A stretch of 64,000 bases of DNA. Origin: Eledone cirrhosa. Lineage: Eukaryota. Every line of letters starts with the position of its first letter. The first letter of the stretch is position 1. Under the pieces are notes generated by a model. That model was not told where the DNA came from. It saw nothing but the letters and a program-made list of their open reading frames with translations, and made no database searches. The DNA lies in contig OZ024742.1 in assembly GCA_964016885.1 (NCBI GenBank), positions 81,344,001 to 81,408,000 on the forward strand. Direction: 5' to 3'. Positions 40,791 through 54,140 of the stretch are shown one piece after another. The translations under genes and the position numbers were made by a program.

Positions 40791-41570
40791 CATATAAAAA
40801 ATAAAAGAGTAAACTAATATAATTTCGAATTATAACAGATTGTTTAACGCTAACAAGTAATTACTAAAATAAATGCAATTTCTCGAAATTAAAAATTATA
40901 CTTATGATTAAAACATTGGATATAAATGATATGCTTCTAAATACAAGATATATTTGTATCAAGTAATTTATATAATCAAATTTATTGTATGACAATTCTA
41001 CCATCTTATTTCGATGTTAATCCAATATAAATTCTGAACGTTTATATTGTACATTTCCTTCATTATCGATATTCTAATTGAAAGGTTTACCTTAGCAAAA
41101 CACAGACTACATAGGATAAACTTTCGTGTACATATCGAGGAAGAACATATATTAGATATATATTAATAAGAAAACAGATGTCCTCATACAATTAATGTTT
41201 CATTCCTAATTTCTTATACGTTTTTAGGTTTCTTAAATATATAATTACAATGACAGTCGCCCCACTTAAATTCCAATTCGTCTATTATTATTGCATATCA
41301 TGGAAGGGTAACAAGTTATAATTGCTTATGCTCCCTATGTTGGATGCAAAATCGATGAATTCATATCTTTACAACTACTATTGTGACATCTGTTTTTAAT
41401 TTCATATTCATTACACGTTTTCTTTTAACTATGTATGAATTCTTAACGTTTCTATACATTAACTCTCCATTAAATTCAATTTTCTTAATCAAAATAATCA
41501 TATGAATCGATGGTTCAACTTACCATTTATTGACGTAGCATTTCTTTACCAGAAGGTTTACATGGCGATA

Positions 41571-41669
<99 letters not shown>

Positions 41670-41866
41670 ACATGTGTATGTGTGTGTGTATGTGTGTGTG
41701 TGTATATACAATTTAATTTAATAAATCTACAAAATGAAATTGCAAATCATATTATTATAAAACTAAATTAAATTGCTTAGAACTGCAAGTGAAGTCATTC
41801 TTTTCCTTTTTTTAAATATATACATACATGCTTAACTGTGCCACATGTTCAAATATATATAGAGGG

Positions 41867-41948
<82 letters not shown>

Positions 41949-42254
41949 GGTGATGTGCAACAAGCAATCCGATATAACAAAGCAAACGGCACACTGCAAT
42001 GAAGATATATATTATTTGTTCTACGCTTGTTATTGTAGGGAAAGAGCGTGCTAATATTTCGGACGCTAGTCCTTCATTAGAAATTAAAAAAGAAACCTTA
42101 AGATGGAGGGAACGGGCAGTGGCGGAAACGTAGCGAAAAAATATTTTAAGAAAAACAGGACGATTGATGTTACCATCTTTAGAAAAATTGTTGAAAATGT
42201 GTTTTGTGTGAGATAAACTTGTCTTAAAAGGTGGTGATACTTTTTGTGTCAAAA

Positions 42255-42470
42255 ACAAGATGGTGTAGGACAGAACAAAGGGGAGACACGCAAAATAAAA
42301 ACCTAGTCACTGAGGAGGTCACAGAATGTGTCACAAAATGGATTTGACAATATTATACAACATTCCGGTTATCGAACCAACCACCCAACCGGAAATCTAT
42401 AAGTTGTAGTGACACAGCCGTTGCGTGTGTTTTTATTGTCAACATGACCCTACCAAAGTAAAACAATATA
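42255..42470 (+). mobile_element. Solo, diverged PLE family 1 pLTR with degenerate hammerhead
   Basis: gtcactgaggaggtcacagaatgtgtcac...catgaccctaccaaagtaaaacaata then (TA)n; homologous to 33300-33551. Confidence 0.75.
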
Positions 42471-42678
42471 TATATACATATATCCAAAATCAATTTAATT
42501 AAATTAAATTAAGGGAGTCATGTCCGAGACATGCGCCATATCGACCGTAAAATAAGGTCAAAGATTCCAATGTGATTGTTTCATGTGTTTATTTAAAATA
42601 TATATATGTCAATCAATTTCTAGTTGATATATATACATATATATATACACCAAAGCCCAAGTCATTACACCTGATGGG

Positions 42679-43618
42679 ATGACAGAGTTCTTTGCGATAC
42701 TGGCTGGAGTGCCCCAGGGAGATACATTGGCTCCCTACCTTTTTATCATCGTAGTGGACTATTGTATGCGCCTTGCACTGGAGAAACACCAGGACACTGG
42801 CTTTACTGTAGCACCGGCTCAGAGCAGGAGAGTTGGGGCGAAAAAGGTATCGGATGCTGAATTTGCCGACGACATAGTTTTGGTGACAAATACAGTGAAG
42901 GAGGCAGAGGATTTGATGCGGGAGGTTGAGACTGTGTCGATGAGTGTGGGGCTGAGAATGAATGAGACTAAAACAAAATATCTGGTAGAGAATGTTGAGA
43001 AGCCAGAGGGGATCACTAATGTAGGCGGGAAGCCGCTGGAATTGGTTGAGGACTTCCTGTATTTGGGAGCAAAGATTGGGAATACGGAAGATGATGTGGT
43101 TGAGAGGAAGAGCAAGGCCTGGGCGGCGTGTCACAGCTTGAGATCGGTGTGGAAGTCGGACCTTCGTAGAGACCTGAAAATCCGCCTCTTCATTGCTGTA
43201 GTGGAGTCTGTGCTGCTGTATGGGTCTGAGACTTGGACACTGACCAAGAGACTCACTCAGATGGTGGATGGGTGCTACACGAGAATGCTGAGGATGGCTC
43301 TGAACATTAATCAGTATACACTGAGGATGAAAAACTCAGAGCTGTATGGGAGCATCCCAAAAGTCAGCTCAAAAGTGACACAGAGGAGACTGAGGTTGGC
43401 TGGACATGCTCACCGACATCCAGAGTTGACATTGCACTCAGTGGTCCTTTCGGAGCCCCTACATGGACACACTAGAAGAGGAAGACCAAGGTTAACATAT
43501 GTTGATGCCCTAAGGACAGACACTGGTCTGTTGGAGATGCAGGATATGGCAGCGATAATGGGGGACAGAGACCGCTGGAGAGAACTCGTCCATGGATCTC
43601 GGGAATTTTACCCGCCTT

Positions 43619-43620
<2 letters not shown>
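42679..43620 (+). CDS. 5'-truncated RTE-clade LINE, uninterrupted RT C-terminal ORF (313 aa)
   Basis: GVPQGDTLAPYLF, FADD, VEDFLYLG, VESVLLYGSETW, RRLRLAGH, RRGRP, DRDRWRELV. Confidence 0.9.
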
Positions 43621-43674
<54 letters not shown>

Positions 43675-43821
43675 ACGTCAAAACTCATCTTTTTTCATTT
43701 CTCCAAGGGTTCTTAACCCAACTATCAGGGTAAATAATTTATTTAATTTCATTAGTCAAAATACGGCGATAGCTTACATTTATAATAATTCCAAACCCGC
43801 TCGCATTATCGAACATATTCT

Positions 43822-43882
<61 letters not shown>

Positions 43883-45109
43883 CTATATATGTATATAATT
43901 GTGTATGTTTGTGTGTGTGTATGTATCTGTGTGTGGCGGGGGGGGGGGGGGGGGGGGGTGTGTGTGTGTGTGTGTGTGTGTGAAGTTCGTATATCTAATG
44001 ATATATGGTATGTTTAAGAATAAACATTTTGAAAGCCTTTAAACTATGAATATTGAAAATCATACTAGTCACAAGTTGCTGATAGCTAGATGATAATCAG
44101 TTGACAGCTCAGCTCCCCCCTTAACCAAATGTCAAGATCTGCTCCCATGTAGGCATACTTTCGGGCTTTGGAATACACAATATTCATGCGTCCATCCCAC
44201 ACTTCACATGATACTCGCAAGCCCATTACTAGTTTTTGTGGCATAAAATGTTGATTACGTTAGATTTTTCGAACATGCCCTTGTTTCTTGGGCCGGAAAG
44301 CATATATTGTTAACGTGTGCGAAGTAAAATGCGGTATACTTTATTTTTCCTCGCCTTATTGCAGCTGCAGTTTCGATGGTCTTATTCGCGCTAGTCACCA
44401 ATCCGGTACTTGTCAATTCCGTGAAGACTAGGCCTTTTGTTATAGGTAAACTTCATTTGTCTCGTCATGGGTACATCACTGGTTTGTGAGAGTTTTCTTC
44501 GGAGCTACATGTATCGCCTATTGGTGCATGTCACCTAGCATTTTACCGCTGTTGGGCCTAGGATGCTTATTCATATCTAATGGACCTATTGCTATCCGCC
44601 GCCTGTGACTCGTTCTCTAGCAGAACAGGCTGCAATTAGAATTAAAATGTTCCGTCCGACATAGATGTAAACATATAAGTATGTGAAGTTCGTATATCTA
44701 ATGATTTTATGGAATGTTATCGAATAAACATTTGGAAAGCTATGAATATTGAAAAGCTGATGCCTAGCACCATTTAACGGATTCCACAAAAATTTAGCGG
44801 CGGACAACTGCCAACGCGTTTCTGGCTTTGGCCGCCATCGAGACATTGCTTCCGCTGCTCTCTGCTGGAAATTGAAATATGCGAAAATATATACTGTTTT
44901 CGGTTACGTAGATGTGCTGACTCGCCTCAGAAGCATATGGAGCTGTCCAAGCTTTGATAAAAGTATAAATGCGGTAGGCTGTAAATTACTTAATTCATAA
45001 TCTTTATTTTCACATCAATTGTTACAGATTATATAAAACAATATGCAGGCGAATGAATGTAAAAAAAAAAAAAGAGACGCTTCCAGAGCAAAATATAGCA
45101 ATATAGCGA

Positions 45110-45440
45110 GGAGCGCTGGGAAATTTCTCTAATAATTTTTGAGGCAGGCCAAACGCTCGCGGCGTTACCTGGGGTGACTGCGAGGCTGAGGTGCTGGAAC
45201 AACCAAGTGTCTTCACGAATATCACCAGTTATCTCTGTTTGGCGAGCCGCCAGTAAAGAGGAGTACCTCGCTGTCAGTAGCCTGACTCCCCTAAACGTCT
45301 CGAATGCGACAGGCTGGATGAAGTAGTTAGCTGACTGAAAACGGTATTTTAGGATTTTGTTCCGTTCAGCTGCGGATGCTGTAGCTCTCGTCCTTAACGC
45401 TGCATCCTGAATGTGGGAAGATGCAAAAGAGTCACTAAAC
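45110..45440 (-). mobile_element. 3' end of an RLE-bearing (CRE-like) non-LTR element
   Basis: AAERNKILKY...FIQPVAFETF...TGDIREDTWLFQHLSLAVTPGNAASV resembles the FQRLSLAVQRGNAA restriction-like endonuclease tail. Confidence 0.7.
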
Positions 45441-45789
45441 TGTGACGTCCCAGGCAAGGCACCTGCCCTTTGACCAGGAGCATAGAGTAAGACCTTCACG
45501 TCTTTTCCCGTCAATTCTGGACAACCCAGTCTGTTCTGAAATTGAGGGGTCGTTTGCCCGGGCCAAACTTCATGAGTGGTAATAGGACAGTGTGTGTATG
45601 TACGCGCGCCGCGTGAGTTTGTCGGCGTTCTTAAATTAGAGAAACGTATGTGTGTTACTGTTTTTAAGTTTGACATATATATGTTTGTATCTCTTTCCTA
45701 CCTTTTACACACACATACATTCACACAAACACACAAACACATTGTTTGATGGATGGGTGGACAGAAATTCCTCAAAATTATATACGTGG

Positions 45790-45970
45790 GAATGGAGTTC
45801 TACTGAAGCAGTTAGAGAAGTACAAGTAACTTGGAGCTGTGTTCATGAGTGATGGAATTCAGGAGGCTGAATTATGTGCAATAATTGCAAAAGCTGGTGC
45901 AGTAATGAAGCATCATCAGCATTCACCAATCAGAAGAAGGGGTAGGTGTAAAAGCCAAACTCGCTGTCTT
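45790..45970 (+). pseudogene. RTE LINE fragment
   Basis: ctgaagcagttagagaagtacaagtaacttggag...gcaaaagctggtgcagtaatg, homologous to 910-1015. Confidence 0.55.
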
Positions 45971-46766
45971 CCTGGTATATGAACCTATGTCTTTGCACCA
46001 TATTTTAAAGCGGCAATCAAATAAAAATAAAAACAGTATTTCATTTAATCTAGTGAAGAAATACCATACTATACCCATGTCTCTTAAAATGTACTCTTAT
46101 ATAAGTCATGTCTGAACTTATTACGAACATGTTCGATTTCAATGTAAAGAGACATCAAATCATCTATTTAAGCAATCGTAGTATATGTTTATCTATATTT
46201 ACATTCCATTATAAAAGCTGACAGGGTGGAGGATAAAAATGGAAATTGACGATGTATCGAATACCATTGAAAATAAACTTTGACCGGATGGAATAGATGT
46301 GTCTCGCCTGTTATAGTACAATGCCAATGCTATAGAATTGAAATTAAAGCGAAGATATCAATATAAAGCCTGTCTTAGGGATGAAATCACTATACTCTTG
46401 TGATAGAAATTTCAAATACGTTAACCCATCTCACACTATACATTCGATTTACAAATGGTGAAGCAATAAATAGTTAATTATTCTACAAAGCATGAAAGCA
46501 AAATCCTGAAAGACATTGAAGTAGTTATCTAAACATGTACGTATTGTCTGATGGATTAATGATGCACACACACACACATACGCATTCACGCATAGGGTTG
46601 ATTATTTTTAAATACATACGAGACCACCCACGGTAGTATAGTCATGTTCAATTGGAAATAATTTCTAAATAATCAAAATATTCACAGACATGCATATAAT
46701 GTGGAATGAAACAGATAGGCCCATATATATAAGGGTGTATGTATATATATAAATGTATGTGTGTAT

Positions 46767-46881
<115 letters not shown>

Positions 46882-46887
46882 AAACGT

Positions 46888-47645
46888 GAAAAAGTATATA
46901 AAAGAGAACAAACCGCTAAAACATGTTTATTTAAAACACCACCTACGTACGATTCGCCCGAAAAGGGCTTCTCAAGAGCATAAAAAACTAAAGTGTGTTC
47001 GTTAGGTGACCCAGAAGGGGTTTCAAAGATACATTCACTAAAATAGTCAAACATCAGCTTTTCCACACACTGGGTAATTGTCGGCAGAGCAGCACCGTAC
47101 AATTTCAAGAGAAAGTGCGAGCTTTACCTCATGGAGCTTTACCATATCATAACGGCACCCCTGAGCTCATCAACAGTAGAGCAGAATCAGTGATAAACTG
47201 CAGGCACAGTATAAATGTCTTACTCCAGATGGAATAAGAATGAGGCATTAAAACCATACATCGAGCCCCCCTGCACGAAACTTCAACACCCAGTGGGTAG
47301 GCGTGCATATAAACATCTGGAAACCAACCATGCATCCCAGACCCGGCGTGAATCGACAAAGGTAAAGCAGTACACACAAAGTTGTAACGCGTAACAAATA
47401 GATTGGGAAACACTGCTCTATCACTGGCTAGAGTTATCTCCCCTAATCTACTGCAAAAACAATAAATGTGCTTTACGAAGACTGAACTGTGATGTAAATT
47501 TATCTTTAAAACCCCTTCTGGGTACCGTAAGGAATACTCTTTAGTTGTTTATACCCTTGAGAAGCCCTTTTCCGGGCGAAACGTACGTAGGTGGTGTTTT
47601 AAATAAACATGTTTTAACGGTTTGTTTTACTTTATATATTTGTTC
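46888..47645. mobile_element. Non-coding element with ~145-bp terminal inverted arms, each carrying a hammerhead
   Basis: Arms 46888-47035 and 47495-47645. Confidence 0.75.
47553..47592 (+). ncRNA. Minimal hammerhead, U3-A8 core variant
   Basis: CC UUGAGAA GCCC UUUUCC GGGC GAAAC GUAC GUA GG; mirror copy on the minus strand at 46941-46978. Confidence 0.65.
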
Positions 47646-49060
47646 AGCTATGTCTGCTCTGCTTATTTCTAGTCCGCTAGATATTAACACTTCCATTATT
47701 TAACACTGCAGGCACAAGTATTGAGTACATTTGCATATGTTAATGGCAAAATAACTATATGTATCGCCTATCTCTTCTTCCCTCTCTCGATACTTAAATA
47801 CTATATATATATATATAAAGATATATATATGTGTGTGTGGGTGTGTGTGTGCATATGTATATATGTGGGCGTTTGTGATCTATATACACTGGTCATAGAC
47901 ACACACATATTATATACACAAACACTCCCATATATATGTATGCACAACAGCACCACCAGCTCTCTTCACATCACCCTCTCTCTATGTCACTCTTTTAATT
48001 TATTCTGTCACAACCACTATCTGTTTCTCTCTATCCTTTTCTCTCTCTGTTTATTAAGGTAAACCCCATATCTCGGGAGCCCATGCTCCGATTTACGCGA
48101 AACTTGTTTTATTCGATTTGTATTCCCATTTCAGGGGCAACGTCCTTTCAAAGTATTTTCCCATTATGCACCCGTTTGGCTGTATTACATTACAGACAAG
48201 CAAACAAGCAATCAGTGAGTTTTAGTAATATATATATATATATATAATTGAGCGACGGATCTTGTCTAATAGAATGGACACTGCTTCGATCTGTCACTCA
48301 CTCACTCAATAACCTATTAAGTTCTTATTTTAAATATTCTAACCGAACTGGTTAGATTGCACATATACATTACTCACTAATGAAGACGACTTCGTGTGGG
48401 TATAAATGAGATACCATGACCGACGCATCTGTTTCTACAGTTCCTACCCAATGGCAATGCCCCGACTGTACACCCAAGTGCAGAATATTAGGTAATTTTA
48501 ATATACATTAAGTAATTTGACGTGGGACCGTGTCGTCAGAGTGTGTTACCCTCGCTGTAATGGGAAGAACAGTATGGCGTGCCAATATATTCAATTACTA
48601 GTTGCAAGTGAATGTAGTAGTTTTCAAATTCTAATGAGGCGCGACGTCCCATCAATGGTAAGATAAGCCAGGCCTGACCATTTACAGGAACCCACATTCA
48701 CAACTGACCCATCGAAAGAAGTGCTTTCCAATAGAAAACAGATACAGAAATAAATCGAAGTAAAAAAGCAGACGGAGAAAGTTCGACTCACAATTTAAAA
48801 ACAAAATAGGTCTATGGAAGTTAAAATAATTAATGTGTACATTATATATATATATGTATATATATATGTAGAAAAATCTACCAAAAGTTTACGGTAGTGT
48901 CCAATCCGTATGAAGAACTCAATGTAATCCGGATATCATGAAAAGAGAAGATGCATTCAAAAACTACTTTCGGTGAAAAATAAACGGAAAACAGAGTCAA
49001 GATAAATTATTAAAAAAATAATGAATAAACAAAGAAAGAGTTCCTTATATTAAAGAAATT

Positions 49061-49200
49061 CATTATTTTACGATCGTTTCTAGGATATATATGTGTTAGA
49101 GTTGGTATGCATATTCTATAGATCTATGTACAATATTTATACAAACTATCAGAGGGAATATACATACCTACACATATATATGCTGTCTTCAGAAATAATG
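49061..49200 (-). ncRNA. Type I hammerhead with 8-bp stem I and ~105-nt stem II domain
   Basis: CAUUAUUU CUGAAGA cagc AUAUAUAUGUGU...ACACAUAUAUAU ccua GAAAC GAUC GUA AAAUAAUG. Confidence 0.7.
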
Positions 49201-49837
49201 ATATTTGTTTATTGAAAAAAACAAAGATTCAATACAATAGGTCTGTTTGAGAACAGGTTGTGAATTGACCAATATAGAGATAGGGAGGGTCAGGAAGGTA
49301 ATATAGTAGTAGAAGAACCTTAAATTATGGGTAGAGGAAGGTAGATTTCAGTTTTGGATGAAAAAGAATATTATGAATGAAGGATTATTTTAAGGAAGAA
49401 ATAGGTCTTATGCTGACCTCAGAAATAATTGTATTTGTTCATTGAATAAAACCAACAAAGATCTAATATATTCTGTCTGTTTGGTAAGAGGTTTAGAATT
49501 AACCAATGGAGAGTTAATAATTGGCCAAATGGTAAAATAGTAGTAATTGAAGCTTATTTTAGGGGTGAAAATAGGTCAGGTGGTCAATAAAAGGTATACA
49601 AGCAGTTGCTGTTATAAAATAGTAATGCCAGTACAACTATCCAAGGTGACTAAAGTTTTAAGATAAGAATGTTAGTGAAAAAAATACATCTATGAAAAGA
49701 ATATAAATTAATTTAATTGATGGGTATATTTATATTGATAAAATTATACTAATACATATAGATATGATAAATAAGAGTTAGATGCAGTTGAAAAGTGCTG
49801 TTAAAGATGAGGGGAAATTAAAAGAATATAAAAATAA

Positions 49838-50084
49838 TATATATATATATATATATATACTTATACATGTATATATATATACACATACATATACACATAT
49901 ATATATACATACATATACACATATATATATATACATATACACATATATATACATATACACATATATATATACATATACACAGATATATATATATATACAT
50001 ATACATATACACATATATATACATATACACTTATACATATACACATATATATACATATACACATATATATATATACATATACAC

Positions 50085-50116
<32 letters not shown>

Positions 50117-50138
50117 ATATATATATACATATACACAC

Positions 50139-50193
<55 letters not shown>

Positions 50194-50530
50194 TATATAC
50201 ATATACACATATATATACACATATACACATATATATACACATATACACATACACATATACACATATACACATACACATATACACATACACATATACACAT
50301 ATATATATACACATATACACATATACACACATATATATATACATACACACATATATATATATACATATACACATATATATATATACATATACACATATAT
50401 ATATACATATACACATATATATATATATACACATATACACATATATATATACATAGATACATACATGCATACATACATACATACATACACATATATATAT
50501 ATAGACACACATATACCCCTATATATACAT
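49838..50530. repeat. Long compound (TA)n/(CATATA)n microsatellite
   Basis: Directly visible. Confidence 0.95.
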
Positions 50531-50560
50531 ATAATTATTGGGGGGGGGGGATCAAATGAA

Positions 50561-51423
50561 TTAGTGAGAAATAGCAAATATATACAGTTTTCAAGGAACA
50601 CAGAGTCACAACCCGAAGCCAAAGCACTATATATGTTCACGTAATGGCATCAGCTCTAGGAAATGATACTTGTAAGAAGGAAAGCAAAATTATGTAGTTC
50701 ATCAGCAGCAGAATACCAATTATAGGTCAACCAAACTAAAAATAGTATTATATCAACTTCCAAAGTGTATACCAATTAGGTTTATAATCTTTAAAGCAGA
50801 ACCATGCAGTTCATCAGTACAACACCAATTGTAGGTTAACTAAATCAAAAATAAATCACAAATCAACTTCTAAAGTGTATATTAACTAGGTCTACAATAT
50901 CTAAAGGCTCCTCTCAGTCTATGATTACACGATATTACCAATTCCTGTCGCTTATTTAATAGGACATCCTTAGATTTCATTATTTCAAAATATTGAAATA
51001 ATGAAATCTAAGGACATCCTATCAAATAAGCGACAGGAACCAACAATATCGTGCAATCACAAACCGAGAAAAACCTTCAAACACTACAAATCCAACCAAT
51101 ATACACCCCAGAAATCAACCTATAATTCACTCCCAATTTAGCCAACCCACAATTAACATTCTACCACAGATGAACAACATAATTCTGCTTCAAACATTAC
51201 AAACCCAATCAATATACACTCCAGAAACCAATACAATACCGCCTTCAATTTAGTCAACCTACAATCAACATTCCACCACTGATGAACTACACAACTCCGC
51301 TCCCCCTCCCACATATATCACTTCCCAAAACCGATACCATCAAGAAAACATATATAATGCTTCAACTTCAGGTTACGACTCCATGCTCCTTGAACACTAC
51401 ATATATTTACCACTTCTCACTAA
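50561..51423 (-). other. ~430-bp-arm palindrome with directional A>G (minus strand) hypermutation
   Basis: Centre at ~50990-50995; arm mismatches are A.C on the + strand and G.U on the - strand; each arm contains two ~115-bp tandem units. Confidence 0.85.
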
Positions 51424-51631
51424 TAAATCCAATCCCCCTGAAGACAGCATATATATGTGTAGGTATGTATATTCCCTCTGATAGTTTGTATAAATATTGT
51501 ACATAGATCTATAGAATATGCATACCAACTCTAACACATATATATCCTAGAAACGATGGTAAAATAATGAATTTTTTTAATATAAGGAACTATTTCTTTG
51601 TTTATTCATTATTTTTTAAATAATTTATTTG

Positions 51632-51662
<31 letters not shown>

Positions 51663-51742
51663 ATATATGTATATATATATATGTGTGTGTCTGTGTGTGT
51701 GTATGTGTGCGTGTGCGTGTGTGTGCGTGTGTGTATGTGTAA

Positions 51743-51912
51743 TATTTGTTTCTACATTAGGCACAAGGCCAGCAATAACCCAGTGCATTACTGGTACTTT
51801 ATTTTATCGACCCCGTAAGGATGAAAGTCAAAGTCAACCTCGGCGGGATTTGAACTCAGATCGTAAAGGGACGTAACTATGCTGGAAAGCATGGCGTCCG
51901 ACCCTCTACCGA
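51743..51912 (-). mobile_element. SINE family A, well preserved
   Basis: ctggtactttattttatcgaccccgtaaggatgaaagtcaaagtcaacctcggcgggatttgaactcaga. Confidence 0.85.
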
Positions 51913-52053
51913 TAATATTAATATGTACATCTACAAAGCACACTATCAAATACAATTTATTTCATATACACATATATATATATATAGACAGATACATACA
52001 GATTATTCTACGTATTCATATAAATACACATGCACACGAACATACATTCATGC

Positions 52054-52105
<52 letters not shown>

Positions 52106-53692
52106 GCATGTATCTATGTCAAAGTAGGGGCAACATTGCTTTAAAACATGGCATATTGAAAGCACGACACAACCTGTTGTAGTATTTTTATAATTGATAT
52201 TCATATTTTCTTATACTTTCTTTAGTCTTTGTTTGGAAAATTAGCTTTTGTAAATCAATGTGTGCTTTAACATTTCAATATCGCTAAATGGCAATGATGA
52301 CCAATGGATTTGAGTGTAAATATTGCATCTGTTCGCTTCATAACGACGATTATTACATCAGTCACGCAAACACGATAAATTCCCTTCGGTCATATTTTCC
52401 ATTTCATTTCATTCCTTCCTTCATATTCTCTATCCATTTCTCCCTTTTCTTATCGCTCGGATATATGAGCTCATTCTTCAAGCACTTCTGTCACACGTGT
52501 TCCAAGAATCCAAACCTGACTGTAGCCCCACCCATACACATAACTCAACTCAGCTCTAGACATATCTCAGGATTCTCTTTAGTACCTCACCCTACCAGGG
52601 AGTCAAGCAGTTTCATTCCAGTTACATACTCAATAGGCAGAAGAAAGAATAGAAGACTTCCAAGTGTAATGATTTGTTTAATACTTCTTGCGTCAAACGT
52701 ACACATATCACGTTGGTATGGGCCACGCTGCTTACACACGTTGACACCACAAAGTGACTCTGTGGCTGGTGTGGACATAGTGTCTGAACAGAATGAGGTC
52801 CTTGCACCCTTCATCGAACACTTCAAGAAATAGCTATGGTCCTGCGGCATATCCAGGAAGGTATTTGATAGGCGCAGAAATATTGTGTATCCGGACACAC
52901 AAAAGACGATCCAGAAAGAAATAACTCGAAACAAATTGAATTTTACAAGGTGGAGGAAATGCGTGAACGGGCCAGGTGTTAGCGTATAGAGATAGTCCTG
53001 GTTTCTTCAATGAATTTCCGTGAATGTAGTACATTATATTTTGATAGCGGATGGATACTCCATCATTAGTGTGTTGTGCCAGAAATGACTGCACGTATTT
53101 GGTGTCGTTAAGAAACGCTTTATTGACTTTTCTCTCTGTTTGACATGAAATGAGTTATTGAATCGATTCCATTTGGTGAGATGATTTGCACCGCGATGCA
53201 TAGCTGAGAGAAATGTCCCGGTAGGTCGTGCAAATTTATGCACCAGATAATCTGAATACAGATCCTTGCAGCATTAGATTTACTTAAGACTTATTCTCTC
53301 ACAGCATCGAGAGTTCTTTTAGACTTCTGTTTTATCAATTGGCTTTTTAGGGTGAATAACTTTATCCAGTACATGGTGAATAACTACATCCAATAATATA
53401 CATGGGATGACAATTGTCTGTGGTACAGTAGCATTGCAGGAAGCAATGTTATATGTCAGGCCCCAATGCTTAGCTTTCACCAAATATCCTAAGTCTAAGA
53501 CAAAGAATAAATTTAAAATAAAAAATAAATAAAACAATTACGCTAAGCATTTGTTCAACAAATTCCCCATGGAATTATTAAAGACCCAAATATATGATAG
53601 TGTAAATCACCGGAATCAGTGGTTGTACATTCTACTAAATTTAAGCTTAGTGTATTTATTCATGTATGCAAACATACATATATATATATACA

Positions 53693-54140
53693 TACAGGTT
53701 AATATAAATTAATATATTTGATAAACACAAATCCCAACATATTCATGTTTGTATTGTAAATGACCAAGTTAGCTAGATTGAAATATACTAAACAGTCTTT
53801 CTAAATATTTTGAAGTGGAACATACCAATTTTTATAGTGCTTGCTGAGGAGATCAAAATGCGCTCTCTCTTCCACTTTTTCATTATTCGAAACATATTTG
53901 GATTTTAAGGTTTAAACCTGCCTACGGAACAGGTTTGATTTTGAAATTTAAATTTGTCCAAGCACCACGGCCATTGCCAATACAATTTGTTTTTGTTGAT
54001 TTATTATCTTAAGTCAAGATAGGCAAACTGTGATATTATTATTAGTATATTTCAATCTAGCTAACTTGGTCATTTACAATAAAAACATGAATATGTTGGG
54101 ATTTGTGTTTATCAAATATATTAATTTATGTTAACCTGTA
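53693..54140. repeat. Inverted-repeat element with ~99-bp near-perfect arms
   Basis: 53693-53791 versus 54042-54140; degenerate ctgagga...gaaac at 53844-53893. Confidence 0.85.

Larger units (their letters stand above)
49002..51628. mobile_element. Composite element bounded by near-identical ~190-bp inverted pLTR-like arms (49002-49192, 51438-51628)
   Basis: Arms are reverse complements and contain the hammerhead; they enclose a diverged ~230-bp tandem, a microsatellite and the transition-biased hairpin. Confidence 0.65.

Noticed and set aside
48060-48235. Possible non-autonomous Helitron terminus on the minus strand
   Set aside because: Only a short resemblance, with no 3' hairpin/CTRR partner identified.
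50561-51423. APOBEC-, RIP- or CpG-type C>T deamination as the cause of arm asymmetry
   Set aside because: The four internal repeat units reconcile to an AT-rich ancestor by single-strand A>G. A GC-rich ancestor would need changes on both strands, and the context matches ADAR.
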